Assembly (NCBI GenBank): GCA_028023455.1
Contig: JAQFVV010000009.1
Coordinates: forward strand, 5,704,001 to 5,768,000
DNA length: 64,000 nucleotides
Direction: 5' to 3'
Source of the DNA: Epiperipatus broadwayi
Lineage: Eukaryota > Animalia > Onychophora
Part shown: positions 1-11,047 of the stretch, in pieces
Layout of the letters: each line of letters opens with the position of its first letter
Position numbering within the stretch: the stretch's first letter is position 1
Notes under the pieces: model-generated
What the model was told of the DNA's origin: nothing
The model's database searches: none
Seen by the model: the letters and a program-made list of their open reading frames with translations, nothing else
Translations under genes and position numbers: made by a program

Positions 1-1624
1 TATTAATTTGGCAAACCCTTGTAGTTGAGAACACTAAAAATTCAATACCAACTATTTTATTGCTATTTGTCATCAAATTTTAATTTGTTAAGTGTATATG
101 TTTGCATTAGTATATATTTTTTAACCCATTCTACATTTTGAAGTTCTAATATATTAATTTTGTTATTCTAATTTATTGGATATTCTATATTCTAAATGTA
201 GCATTTATTTGATTCTTCTTGCAAAGAATTGTATATTATTTTATATCCATTTACAAAATCATCTTTTTATTGAATTTTATGAAACATAAATCACCGAATA
301 ATGATTATATTTTTTTTGACTGTCTATAAGATAAAATTTTTCCAGCTACTGTTTAGGAGAAAAAGATATAATAGTAACAACTCACAACAAATTTATTTCA
401 AAAAGTCTAATTAAACTTATAATAAGTTCCAGTTTATTTTTTAACTTCTATTCCATTTAAAGCATATTTTCAGTGGGCACTGGATTCAATATCACTTCAT
501 TATATTTCTTTTTCATTTGCTAATAAAACAAATAATTTTACTTTGGTTGATCAAATTTCAATTAGAAAAAAGCTATTTTCATCATTTTCTAGAGTCATTC
601 ATGCTTATGATGAAATTCAAATCCAGTTATTAGTTGTCATCTATTGATTCTGTTTGTCTGTAAATCCAACAATCCAGTATCCTGTTTTTCGGTCTGATAT
701 TTAAGAGATAATTCAGTAATAATGATGAAATTGATGGACGTACTGAAGATTAAGAAATATTGAAAAATCAAATTTGAATTTTGCTGTACTTATGACTGTT
801 GTTGCTTTTTTGGCTTCTTTTAAAGATTTCATCTAAACAAGATTGTTTTGTGTGTTTTGATCTCTCCCAGAATTTTTTTTTTTTTTATTGTTACGGTGTA
901 TATACAAATTTATTAATACATATGCAGCCATGAAAAGACATTTTTCAAAATTTTGTGATTAAATCATCTATTAATTTAAATTTCTCATGGATCAATAAGA
1001 ACTAATGTTTCTCTTTATTTATTTTTTTTATATAGACTACTAAAAATACATATTTACTTACAAAGAAAAATTTTTAAAACCACAAATATATAATAAAAAG
1101 AAATGCATTTGTGTTATTAAAAAATAATAAAGTTAAAATATTTATTTGAAAACTTTTGTAAATATTAATATGAAAAATATGGAAACATTTCTTGGTTTTA
1201 AAATTAAATACAACAATTTTGTTTAGTCATGATATTTTTTATAATTCTTCACCAGTTCATGCATCTATATTAACTTTGACCGAATATATAATAAGTGCAA
1301 AATCTTGAAGCTTTAGTTTAATTCAAATTAAACAATTTTATATCAGATTATCTACTATATAAAAGATTTAAGAGAAATAAATAGTACTGGAAATTAGTGA
1401 AATATATGTAAAAATAATTCAGATTTTATAGTCCAAAATATTCCACACTTATTAATTATAAAATATATGTCTAAAACCTTTATTATTTGCTAAGCCAGGG
1501 TTATCAAAGCTTAACTAAGAAATAAAATTAGCAAAATATTAGCAGTAGCCATATGTGTGTAAAATGTAAATTAAACTGGCTACTAATTATTAGTAGGGGC
1601 TGGTTTTTATCTTTTTTTAATACT

Positions 1625-1825
1625 TTGTGAAGGGATATAATCATATGACCAAAGATGCAAAAAAATGTATGATTCCTCTCACACAAGGTCTATCCTCTTT
1701 TAACTCTTTGTGGAGGTGTGTAATCATCAACATTTTTTTTTCACATCTTTGATTATATATTTATGATTATATTCCTCCACAAGGTTTTTAAAGAGGATAG
1801 AAACCAGTTCTTACCTTGTGTGAGA
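1625..1825. repeat. Degenerate tandem plus inverted repeat (foldback)
   Basis: tctcacacaagg..ctatcctcttt..ctttgtggagg (~1677-1716) is inverted at cctccacaagg..aaagaggatag..ccttgtgtgaga (~1773-1824). A partial direct copy lies at ~1625-1670. Confidence 0.6.
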
Positions 1826-2655
1826 TTGGCATAGTGAAAATTACAATGTAGAACTATTGTTATATATATATTTAAATCACACTTCATCAAACACTTCTTA
1901 CATTCTCTATTTATATCCCACCAATCATTATCAAATCTAATTATGTTAAGATAAAAAATAAAAATCCTTTTTAATTCTATGTTGTTAAATAGATAGTAAA
2001 TTAGTGATAAATAACAGAATAATAACTCAAGAAATTACTGAAACTACAACCTAGTTTTATTAACTTCAAGGCTGATTTGTAGATTTGATCCATTATTTAT
2101 CATTATCTAATTTGTTGTCTATTTGATAGCTTGATTAGAGAATGCGAAAATTAACCCGTTTAGCTTTTGACATTTTAGTTTATATTTATAATTAAAAAAT
2201 TTATGAAAATTTAATTGCTGGAATGGAGCTGTGAAAAATTACCATGTATTTTTATGTTGCTGATTCTTGAATAAAAAAAAAGATGATAAATGTGTGAATC
2301 AAACATGCATACGTGATGGATTAAAAGTTTACTTGGGATGCAAGAGGAGCTATCATCATATGAAACAAATTTTACAAAATTATTAATTACCCATTGTCGT
2401 ATTTAGAATTTGATCTTGTAAATCCTAGGAAATAAATGAGAAAAGCAATTGGAGAGACAACCAGAATAAATGAAAAGAAAGAAGCAAATAGAAAAGGAGA
2501 AGGAAAAAGTAGTAGGTTGAAAGATTTTTTTTAGTTAATAAAATTTAAAAAAATGAAAGAAATAATAGCATTTATTATAGGTAAATGCCCTTAATTAGCT
2601 AGTATTATTAAAGATAAGATTAAATAACTGTTTATGAAGTTTACAGATTGTTTAT

Positions 2656-2828
2656 TAAAACAGTAGCAAACTTTTTGCACCCAGTGCAAGCTTTAGTAAA
2701 CAATGGATGGAAGGTTTGGACATAAAATCACTATCTAGTGCCTATTCATCCAATATACCCAGACTAGCTTCTGGTTTGTGGCTTTCATCAGTGAGGAGTC
2801 TTGGATCTGAGAGCACTGCACCTAGATC
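2656..2828 (-). mobile_element. Diverged single arm of repeat family A (hammerhead-bearing, PLE pLTR-like)
   Basis: Colinear with the 4142-4300 arm (ccagtgcaag..caatggatg..cctactcatccaatat..gactag..tcatcagtgaggag..ggatctgaga.cactgcacctagat). Confidence 0.8.
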
Positions 2829-2984
2829 TTAGAATCAAATGCAACCTTCCAGCAACCACTTTTTACCTATTCAGTTAACTATAAAACTATGAGTCCAAGA
2901 TGAAAACACAATAATGTTTTCAAAACACAGATGCAGTTCAGTATTCATGCATTTTAGTTATCATTCTGTGGGCAGGATTGATAT

Positions 2985-3360
2985 AAAATCACTAAAACAT
3001 CACGTTCACTATTTCCTATGCTTATAAAAGCTGTTAAAACAGTAGCTAACTCTCCACACAGTAATGCCACCCAGTGTAAGTCATAATAGTCAATGGATGC
3101 AAAAAGTTTATTCATAAAATCCTTATCTACTGCCTACTCATCCAATATCTCCAGACTAGTTTCTAGCTCCAAGGCTCCTTGCTGATGAAATCCACAAGCT
3201 AGAAAGTAGCTTGGGATAAAAGCATTAGATAGTAATTTTATGCACACATCTTCTTGCCTCCATTGATTACTAAATCTTGCAGTGGGTGACATTACTGTAA
3301 AGAGATTTTGCTACTGTTTGTGTAAGTATAGGAAATTGTAATCGTGTGATGTTTCAGATT
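2985..3360. mobile_element. Diverged inverted-repeat copy of family A with central deletion
   Basis: Left arm aaaacagtagc..gccacccagtgtaag..gactagtttctag; right arm ccaaggctccttgctgatgaaatccacaagctagaaa..gtgggtgacattactg..gctactgttt. Homologous to 4142-4437. Confidence 0.75.
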
Positions 3361-4141
3361 ATATATTATAGACATGTATATATTATAAGTTGAAAATACA
3401 AGTATAATGAAATACTATAGAAAATTATATTCAATAATTAAACTGCAGATCTTGGAACTTTATATCACATATTTGTAAAATATATTGTAGAAACATGAAA
3501 GTATTTTGCTAAAGTATTAAAAAATTATCTCCTGTTTTATTTTTTTTTGTTGGTGATGGTAGTGTTCATATTTTTTCTAACTAATAAAATTAATAATCCA
3601 GCGAGATTGCGTTCATTTATCGTTAGCATTTATTTTTCATTTTAGATCATAATTCTAATTAAAGAATATCTTGAAAACTGCCAGAGCAGTTAGTTACCCT
3701 GAAGATTCAAAATGTTTTTTTTTTTTAAAGGGAATAAAATGTGACACCTGAACTTATTCTAATTAGGAAAAAAAAAACAATTTTATTTTTGTTTTCTACA
3801 GGGACCTGCCAGTTATTGAGAATAAAAGAAAACAATTACAGGATAATGTCTTTGGTGATTTATAAAAGTAAAATTAGCAGAGCAAATCTTTTTATGACCT
3901 TAAGATCTTGGCATTATTTGAATTCAGCCTGAAAAAAGTTCTAGGAGAAAAATTTCAGAGGGATGGAGATTAATGATTGAGAACTGCAAAGTATAATAAA
4001 AGTTTTAATTTCTTAATTTTCTACTGTAGATTTTATTTATATTATTATGAATTAAAAATTTCTGGGTGTTCTATTATTGAGAAGGTAAAAAAAAACAATA
4101 GCATCCAACAAAGTAAATTGAAACAGGCAAAACTCTATATG

Positions 4142-4437
4142 TATTGCCACTCAGTGCAAGCCAGAGTAATCAATGGATGCCAGAGGCTTGTGCATAAAAT
4201 CCCCAGCTAGTGCCTACTCATCCAATATCCTCAGACTAGTTTCTGGCTTGTGGTCTTCATCAGTGAGGAGCCTTGGATCTGAGAACACTGCACCTAGATA
4301 TCCAAGGCTCCTCACTGACGAAGGCCACAAGCCAGAAACTAGTCAGGGCATATTGGATGAGTAAGCACTAGATGGGGATTTTATGCACAAGCCTTCTAGC
4401 ATCCATTGATTACTCTGGCTTGCACTGAGTGGCAATA
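4142..4437. mobile_element. Near-perfect 296-bp palindrome, family A; each arm carries a minimal hammerhead motif
   Basis: Arms 4142-~4278 and ~4299-4437 are reverse complements with few mismatches, around a ~20-nt spacer. Related sequence continues to ~4515 and recurs at ~34520-34580. Confidence 0.9.
4228..4269 (-). ncRNA. Minimal type I hammerhead ribozyme motif (family A, palindromic stem III ACUAGU, GUC site)
   Basis: Minus strand reads UCCUCA-CUGAUGA-AGACCACAAGCCA-GAA-ACUAGU-C-UGAGGA. Stem I UCCUCA/UGAGGA is 6 perfect bp. The right-arm copy (4309-4350, +) keeps stem II GGC/GCC but has a decayed stem I. Confidence 0.75.
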
Positions 4438-6084
4438 TATATATATATATATAGTTTTGCCTGTTTTAATAACAGTTATAAGCAAGCATAAAAAATGGTG
4501 ATTATGTGATGTTTATATTCTATGATTAACCACACTTTGTATATAACTCTAGAGTAGAGTGATATAGAGCAAATTACTATTATTAATGTGGCTGTCAAAT
4601 ATAGATTGGGTGACTCATGATACTTTGCTTTTATTGTACAATTACTATTTCCATTTCTTGCTGTGTGTATGAAAAAATTCTAAAAAACAATAATTTGCCT
4701 CTTCTAGAGAAATTTTTTTGATCCAAGAGCCATAATTCTATGCTCTATAATAGTGTATGCAGATTTTACCTATGTTCATCCAATTTTTTGACTATCTAAG
4801 TGTATCACATCCAAAGTTATTTAAATTTGGAATGTCAGATTTTTAAAAATCCAATAATTCCACCAATGTTGTAACAATAATTTCAGAAAGATGTCATTAG
4901 ACTGTTTTCTACAACTTTTCTTAATACAGTTTTATTCTTTTTAGATTCCATGATAAAAATTCATGCTTTTTTTAAAGTATTTGATTTAGTCTGTGGAGAG
5001 AGTATAGAGATACATGTAGTAATCTTTTATCCTTGTACAAATAGTATCATATTATACTTTTTAAATTCCATTTTATCTTCTACTTCTGTAATATATTTAA
5101 ATTTCGTCATAAGGCTACTTTTTAAATCCATAACAAAATTTATATTATAATTTTTAATGTAAGGAATTCAGTTTTTTATGTATCAGTGGCTTCTAATTGG
5201 TTTTTCATAATGTTTCTTTCCATTTAGCCCAAAAGTTTTTAATTTGTTATTTTATGTTGGTATCAGTGTCCGTGTTTTGGATGCTCACATTATCTTCATT
5301 TGAAGCAGACATTTTTTTACTCAAGTTCTGATACATGAAAAAACTTCTTTCGAAGTTAGGTCAAAGTTTAGTATATTATATTTTACTCTTATATTATGCA
5401 GTTGTATTTTGCTCATTTGTTGTCTACTGATATTTTACTGCCAAAATCTGGCAGAAATTACTCTAAGTTGATCATATTCAATGCCTTTAGTATCTGCTTA
5501 GTCAATTTTTGTAATCTCAGCTCACCTAGATCAAATTCTATTATGAAAAACAACTTCATTTATTTTGCAATTTATATTTTTTTTAAACTAATCTTTTAAT
5601 GTGATTTTTTTTTTTTTTTACAAATTTTTAGGATTTAGACTTTTAATAATCTTTAGCATTTAATCTCTCAGTTTGTTTTTTCTAACATTCTATTTTATTT
5701 CTTCCTTTGAAATTATTCCCATATACTCAGCATATAATTTCTTGGGAATGTTTGTCATTATTTTTAAAATATAAGATACATAAATAAATAAATTTCAAAA
5801 ATTAGATTACAGTTGGGGAAAAAAAGCAAATTGATTTTTTTTTAAAAAAAAAATTTGCAATTAAAACTCTCTTGTAATTGCAGACATATTTTCTATTTAT
5901 TGTCTCTTTCATATATTGACTCCAATTTCTTATATGTATAACATTACTTAATCTAAACACAGAAATACTTCTTATTAATAATGTATATCATAAATATCTG
6001 CTTGTGCATCTCTACTTAACTAATCATTGCCATTTTCACTAAGTGGTTTCAATCTTATTCTACAATATATGTATCTCTGTAATA

Positions 6085-6162
6085 CTCAAAAACTTAAGAT
6101 ATGCAAATTAATATGAAAAGGTGTGCCTTTTCATATTAACTTGCACATCTCAAGTTTTTGAG
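6085..6162. repeat. 78-nt hairpin (37-bp arms, 4-nt loop)
   Basis: CTCAAAAACTTAAGATATGCAAATTAATATGAAAAGG-TGTG-CCTTTTCATATTAACTTGCACATCTCAAGTTTTTGAG, with 3 arm mismatches. Confidence 0.9.
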
Positions 6163-6652
6163 AGCTTAACATTTGATTTTTATTGTTCATTCTAATTTAA
6201 TTTTTATTCCTTAATTGAACACTTGTTTTTTAAATTTAATTTGTCTTTTTTTGAATCCACAATAATGGCTTCCAATTTAAAATTAAACCTGCCCAACATT
6301 ATCATTTAAATAATAAATGTAAATCTTGAATATATGTGGCAGTGAGGGAATTTGTAAATTTACATTTTATTTCAGCAATCAATATGAAAATCATCTAATT
6401 AAATCACAAAATAAAAAATATATTGCAATCAAATTATGGCTGGGTGTCATTTTTACTTTCTACATTGCTGCCATTTCTTTTTTTCAATACACAGACTTTT
6501 TTTTTACTTGTATTATATCACAAATCTTGATTTTTTTATTTTGAAATTTTGTTAGATCAAACTAAATCAATCCAATTTTTATCAAAATCATGATATATAT
6601 ACATTTTTTATATATATAATAAAATGTTCAATATAAAATAGTTATTGTAATG

Positions 6653-6892
6653 ATATTGTAATAAAAATAATGAATTATAACAATGATAATATATTTTATA
6701 AATAGCCATAATAAACCACAGAAGTACTTTCAGTTAATTTCTTAACCTTCTTCAACTGAAAACCATTCTAAGTTTGAATTTAAATGGTTTTCAATTAAAG
6801 AAGATTAAGAACTTGAAAGTATTTTTATGGTTTATTATCACTATTTATAAAATATATATCACTGTTATAATTAATTATTTTTATTACAATAT
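6653..6892. mobile_element. 240-bp inverted repeat (family B) carrying a hammerhead motif
   Basis: Arms of ~110 bp: atattgtaataaaaataat..aattataaca.tgata..ttttataaatag..ataataaacca..aaaaccatt versus its reverse complement at ~6783-6892. Confidence 0.8.
6719..6758 (-). ncRNA. Decayed minimal hammerhead motif (family B, palindromic stem III AGUACU)
   Basis: Minus strand reads CAG-UUGAAGA-A-GGUUAA-GAAA-UUAACU-GAA-AGUACU-U-CUG. The core has a C>T change. Stem II is 6 bp with a GAAA loop and stem I is only 3 bp. Confidence 0.6.
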
Positions 6893-7044
6893 TTATTTGT
6901 CATATATATATATGTACACACCTAACATCAAGCTGATATAAACTAGCTAAAAAAGTAATCAGAGGATGCATATTTATATAAAAAATCTGAGTCGATTCCA
7001 TAAATTCTTAAAGTGTGTATAAGGAATGAAGTGAAAAATCTCAC

Positions 7045-7962
7045 CAGGAGCAGATACAGAGCTTGTAAAGGTATGATGGCTATTAGCATGAGATGCAATG
7101 GCATTGATGGGGGGAGATGGGCAAGGCTGAACATGATACGGTAAATCCAGCAATTTAGCTATTGTGTATTTTCATTGATGAGCCTTGAGACGACCTTTTG
7201 TAAGACATTGCTTGGCAGTCATACAGCATATATGGTTATCAAAAATAAATCGTGCAGCTAGAAGAGGTTGGGCTTTGTGTCATGCATTTGATGTAGATGA
7301 TGGTTTCTGAATTACAATATGCAATGAACGGCTATCTTCTTTATCTCCAGTAACTTCAATATCCTGTAGGAAGCCAACAAATTTAGCAACACCCCATCCA
7401 AGTCTTTTACTATCTGGTTCAACCAGAATCATCTGACTCACATCAATCACAAGGAATCTCCTCACCCGCTGATTACTGTCTCTGTGGATTACTGTGCAAG
7501 CAATCAAATCACTGTTATTTAAATCCATCACATTTGGAACTTTAATGCATTCATCATCTTTGATTGTCTTTTTCACTCCTCATAGTGAAGGATAGATTAC
7601 ACAATAGAAAAAAATCCTTGAATAGCTCTTTGAACACGCTCCACGTCTCCACAAGGCAAACGTTTACTGAACTCTATTCCAATTAAAGGTGTGCCTGTTG
7701 GAGGCAATAAGATACTAGAATCCATTGTTAAATATTCTACATTTAAAGGACAATCCTTCAATTCTCTGTATTCATCCTCAAACATATCCAGAAACATTTC
7801 TTCACTTTTATAAAAATTCCTGAGAAGTAAAATGCTTTCTTTTTTGGCATCTTCCGAAGCTGCCAAGTGATGATCTTGAATATAACTTTGGCCATTTTTA
7901 CAAATTAATTGCTTGAGCAAAATAATTGTAAGTTCTAATGTTGCAAGATGAACTTTGCAGTT
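7045..7962 (-). pseudogene. CLEC16A: Disabled exon of a CLEC16A/ema/GOP-1 homolog (C-terminal region)
   Basis: Translations CKVHLATLELTIILLKQL, FLDMFEDEY, LNVEYLTMDSSILLPPTGTPL.GIEF.KRLPCGDVER, MDLNNSDLIACTV, LVEPD.KRLGWGVAKF.GFLQD, ARFIFDNHICCMTAKQCLTKGR and IAKLLDLP match the CLEC16A family as I recall it. Two frameshifts at ~7560-7610; in-frame TGA at 7280-7282 and 7172-7174; GTGAG donor at 7040-7044. Confidence 0.9.
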
Positions 7963-9802
7963 CTTTATATATATGATATTTTAACTAAAACACCATACTT
8001 CTAGAACTTTTTTGTATTTGTGAATTTTTCAGATTTCTAAGAATAAATTTCTTATTCCCCTCATTGTAATTTCAAACTCTGCTAAATATAGAAATAAAAT
8101 GGCAGCTTACTGTAATTAGACTTATTAATTTATAGATATTTACTGAGTACTAAATATGCATACAATCTAATTTATTTAATATAAAAGTTTGAAGATCGCT
8201 TTTTAAGTTTTATTTTGATAATAAAAGTTTTGAATAATAGGTATTTTGGATTAACTGTATTCTACTTGTATATATATTATAAAATGGATTATTTCAAGTG
8301 TTGTGTACTCGAATAATATTAATCACACAATTAGCTGCCCAAATCATATGATATGTAAGTACCAAATGACAGATTAAGCTAGAAATTGATACAGGAACTT
8401 TTATTCTTAAATCTGACACTAAACTAAATCATGGAGACACTTAGCTGACTAGTTAATGAAATATAATGCATTTACTTAAATTATTTTTACTATTCTTTTT
8501 CTTTTGAAAAAAAAAGAGTCTGATTTAACTTAATGACTTTGTGTGCTTGATAAAATAATAACTTTGATAATAATACAAATGGATATCATTATCAAAGTTT
8601 TATTATATTCAACTGTAAGTTCCCAAATTTATAGCTTATAGTTGTATGTAATTCATAGTTGCTGGTTTAATTATGGCAGGTAAACTAAGAGGAATAAGAA
8701 GAGATAATCAATAGTTTGTGCATCACTTTTTTAATAATACATATAATATTTAATTATATATAAGCATTATTCATTTGTAATATTTATGTTTGGAAAATAA
8801 CTTTAGTTCAGCACATACACACACACACAAATATTTAACATGATTAAATTAAATTTTTTGTTGTTCTATGTTATGTTAGGAGCCACTTTCATGTAAAGTT
8901 ACAAAATTATTGTCCTGTGTTAAGTGATAAATGTAGCATGTAGATATGGTGATATGATTAATTTTTCACTTTACCTGAAAGTGTCTCCTGATATAGCATA
9001 GAACACAGTTTCTTAAATTTGACTTATAACAGCCTTAGAATATGCAAAAAATTTAGAGATTCCATACATATAATGGAATAGTTTATTACTTAAGAATTTT
9101 TAAGAAATTTGATCATTAGAAATGACAGCTGGAGCCATGGACCTTGAAGTCCAGAGTCCATCATTTTATCATTATACTAAACCATCTAGAGCAGAAATTG
9201 TAGAAAATCATTCTTTGTTTAAAAAAGATAACAATTAGAGATTATTATAATTTTGGGACCATATTACCATGACTTTCTATGGATGAGAAAATTGAATACT
9301 GAATCATCAATTTTTAAATCAGGTGCTGTCTCAGTAATTATAGACATATTAATATTTAACTACAATTTCTCTTTTTATAATGTTCATTAATTTTGTAATT
9401 AAATAACTTGAGATTTTCTCTATTTTTAACTGTATATTTATGGTAACATTAGCATATTTAAGATTGTTATTGATGTTCTTTTTTTTTTTCTACTAAATCT
9501 CAATCCTCAGTTGTCTGTGTTTAGCTTGGCTTTCCTCATTATCTATCCAATATATACATGAAATCACTTAATTTTATTATTGTGTATTTTAACTATACTT
9601 TTTAGTACACGTAGAGTTTATTAAGGAACCAAGTTGAGCTACAGACATGTTTTTGTTATCAGGTAAATGCAAGAAAAGTATCATAAGCAATAGTGCAGTT
9701 TATATGCTGCTTTTATGAGCACAGACTTTCACACCACCCACCTCTCTCCAATCTATCTAATAACACTGATACACCTAAACACATATATGCTGAAAAGATA
9801 AA

Positions 9803-9859
9803 CAATCACCAATATACGTATTTCATGCTAAACCAGCAATCATCAGTTGGTCCAGACTA
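9803..9859 (-). ncRNA. Minimal type I hammerhead motif, family C copy 1
   Basis: Reverse complement identical to 10991-11047. Confidence 0.75.
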
Positions 9860-10277
9860 TCATCTTTACACACATATATAGTATAAGTGCTCAGATATAT
9901 ATTAAGATAGACTATCCTCATAGTTTAATGGACAGGCTTCAATCCACTCCACACTCCAACTCTTCAACCGTCCATCCAATTGAAAATCTGATGATGGAAT
10001 GCTCAAAGGCCACCCTGAGGCTGAGATTATTGTCACACCCATGTTGACCTAAGATCAATCTGAACCCCACATGTACAGGACATAATCCATTTAATACATA
10101 TGCAAGGATGGGCAGACATCTCTATAATGTAATAACTGAAACACAGGCTTGTTATATACCTGTGGCTATATATATGTAATATAGGGTATATGAGCACAGA
10201 CTTTCACACCACCCACCTCTCTCCAATCTATCTAATAACACTGATACACCTAAACACATATATGCTGAAAAGAGAAA

Positions 10278-10334
10278 CAATCACCAATATACGTATTTCA
10301 TGCTAAACCAGCAATCATCAGTTGGTCCAGACTA
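10278..10334 (-). ncRNA. Minimal type I hammerhead motif, family C copy 2
   Basis: Identical to copy 1 and 475 nt away from it. Confidence 0.75.
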
Positions 10335-10990
10335 TCATCTTTACACACATATATAGTATAAGTGCTCAGATATATATTAAAGATAGACTATCCTTATAGT
10401 TTAATGGACAGGCTTCAATCCACTCCACACTCCAACTCTTCAACCGTCCATCCAATTGAAAATCTGATGATGGAATGCTCAAAGGCCACCCTGAGGCCGA
10501 GGTTATTGTCACACCCATGTTGACCTAAGATCAATCTGAACCCCACATGTATAGGACATAATCCATTTAATACATTGCATATACCCTATATTACATATAT
10601 ATAGCCACAGGTATATAACAAGCCTGTGTTTCAGTTATTACATTATAGAGATGTCTGCCCATCCTTGCATATGTATTAAATGGATTATGTCCTGTACATG
10701 TGGGGTTCAGATTGATCTTAGGTCAACATGGGTGTGACAATAATCTCGATATGTATTAAATGGATTATGTCCTGTACATGTGGGGTTCAGATTGATCTTA
10801 GGTCAACATGGGTGTGACAATAATCTCGGCCTGAGGGTGGCCTTTGAGCATTCCATCATCAGATTTTCAATTGGATGGACGGTTGAAGAGTTGGAGTGTG
10901 GAGTGGATTGAAGCCTTTCCATTAAACTATGAGGATAGTCTATCTTAATATATATCTGAGCACTTATACTATATATGTGTGTAAAGATGA

Positions 10991-11047
10991 TAGTCTGGAC
11001 CAACTGATGATTGCTGGTTTAGCATGAAATACGTATATTGGTGATTG
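10991..11047 (+). ncRNA. Minimal type I hammerhead motif, family C copy 3 (palindromic stem III AUACGUAU, AUA site)
   Basis: UAGUC-UGG-ACCAA-CUGAUGA-U-UGCU-GGUUU-AGCA-U-GAA-AUACGUAU-A-UUGGU-GAUUG. Stem I is ACCAA/UUGGU plus UAGUC/GAUUG across a 3-nt bulge. Confidence 0.75.

Noticed and set aside
1775-1822. Possible hammerhead remnant CACAAGGT..TTAAAGA..GAAACCAGT..ACCTTGTG
   Set aside because: There is no room for stem II, the core is heavily altered, and the opposite arm lacks GAAAC.
3741-4364. Short ORFs 3741-3932, 3977-4210 and 4173-4364
   Set aside because: No recognisable domain; they run through AT-rich DNA and the family A palindrome.
9120-9200. tRNA-like SINE head on the minus strand
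   Set aside because: The A box is weak and there is no convincing B box.
9988-10020. CTGATGATGG on the plus strand of family C as a second hammerhead
   Set aside because: No GAAA, no palindromic stem III and no stem I partner.
9693-11003. Repeated 62-66 aa ORFs in the family C unit
   Set aside because: They are antisense to the hammerhead strand, show no homology I recognise, and repeat only because the DNA repeats.
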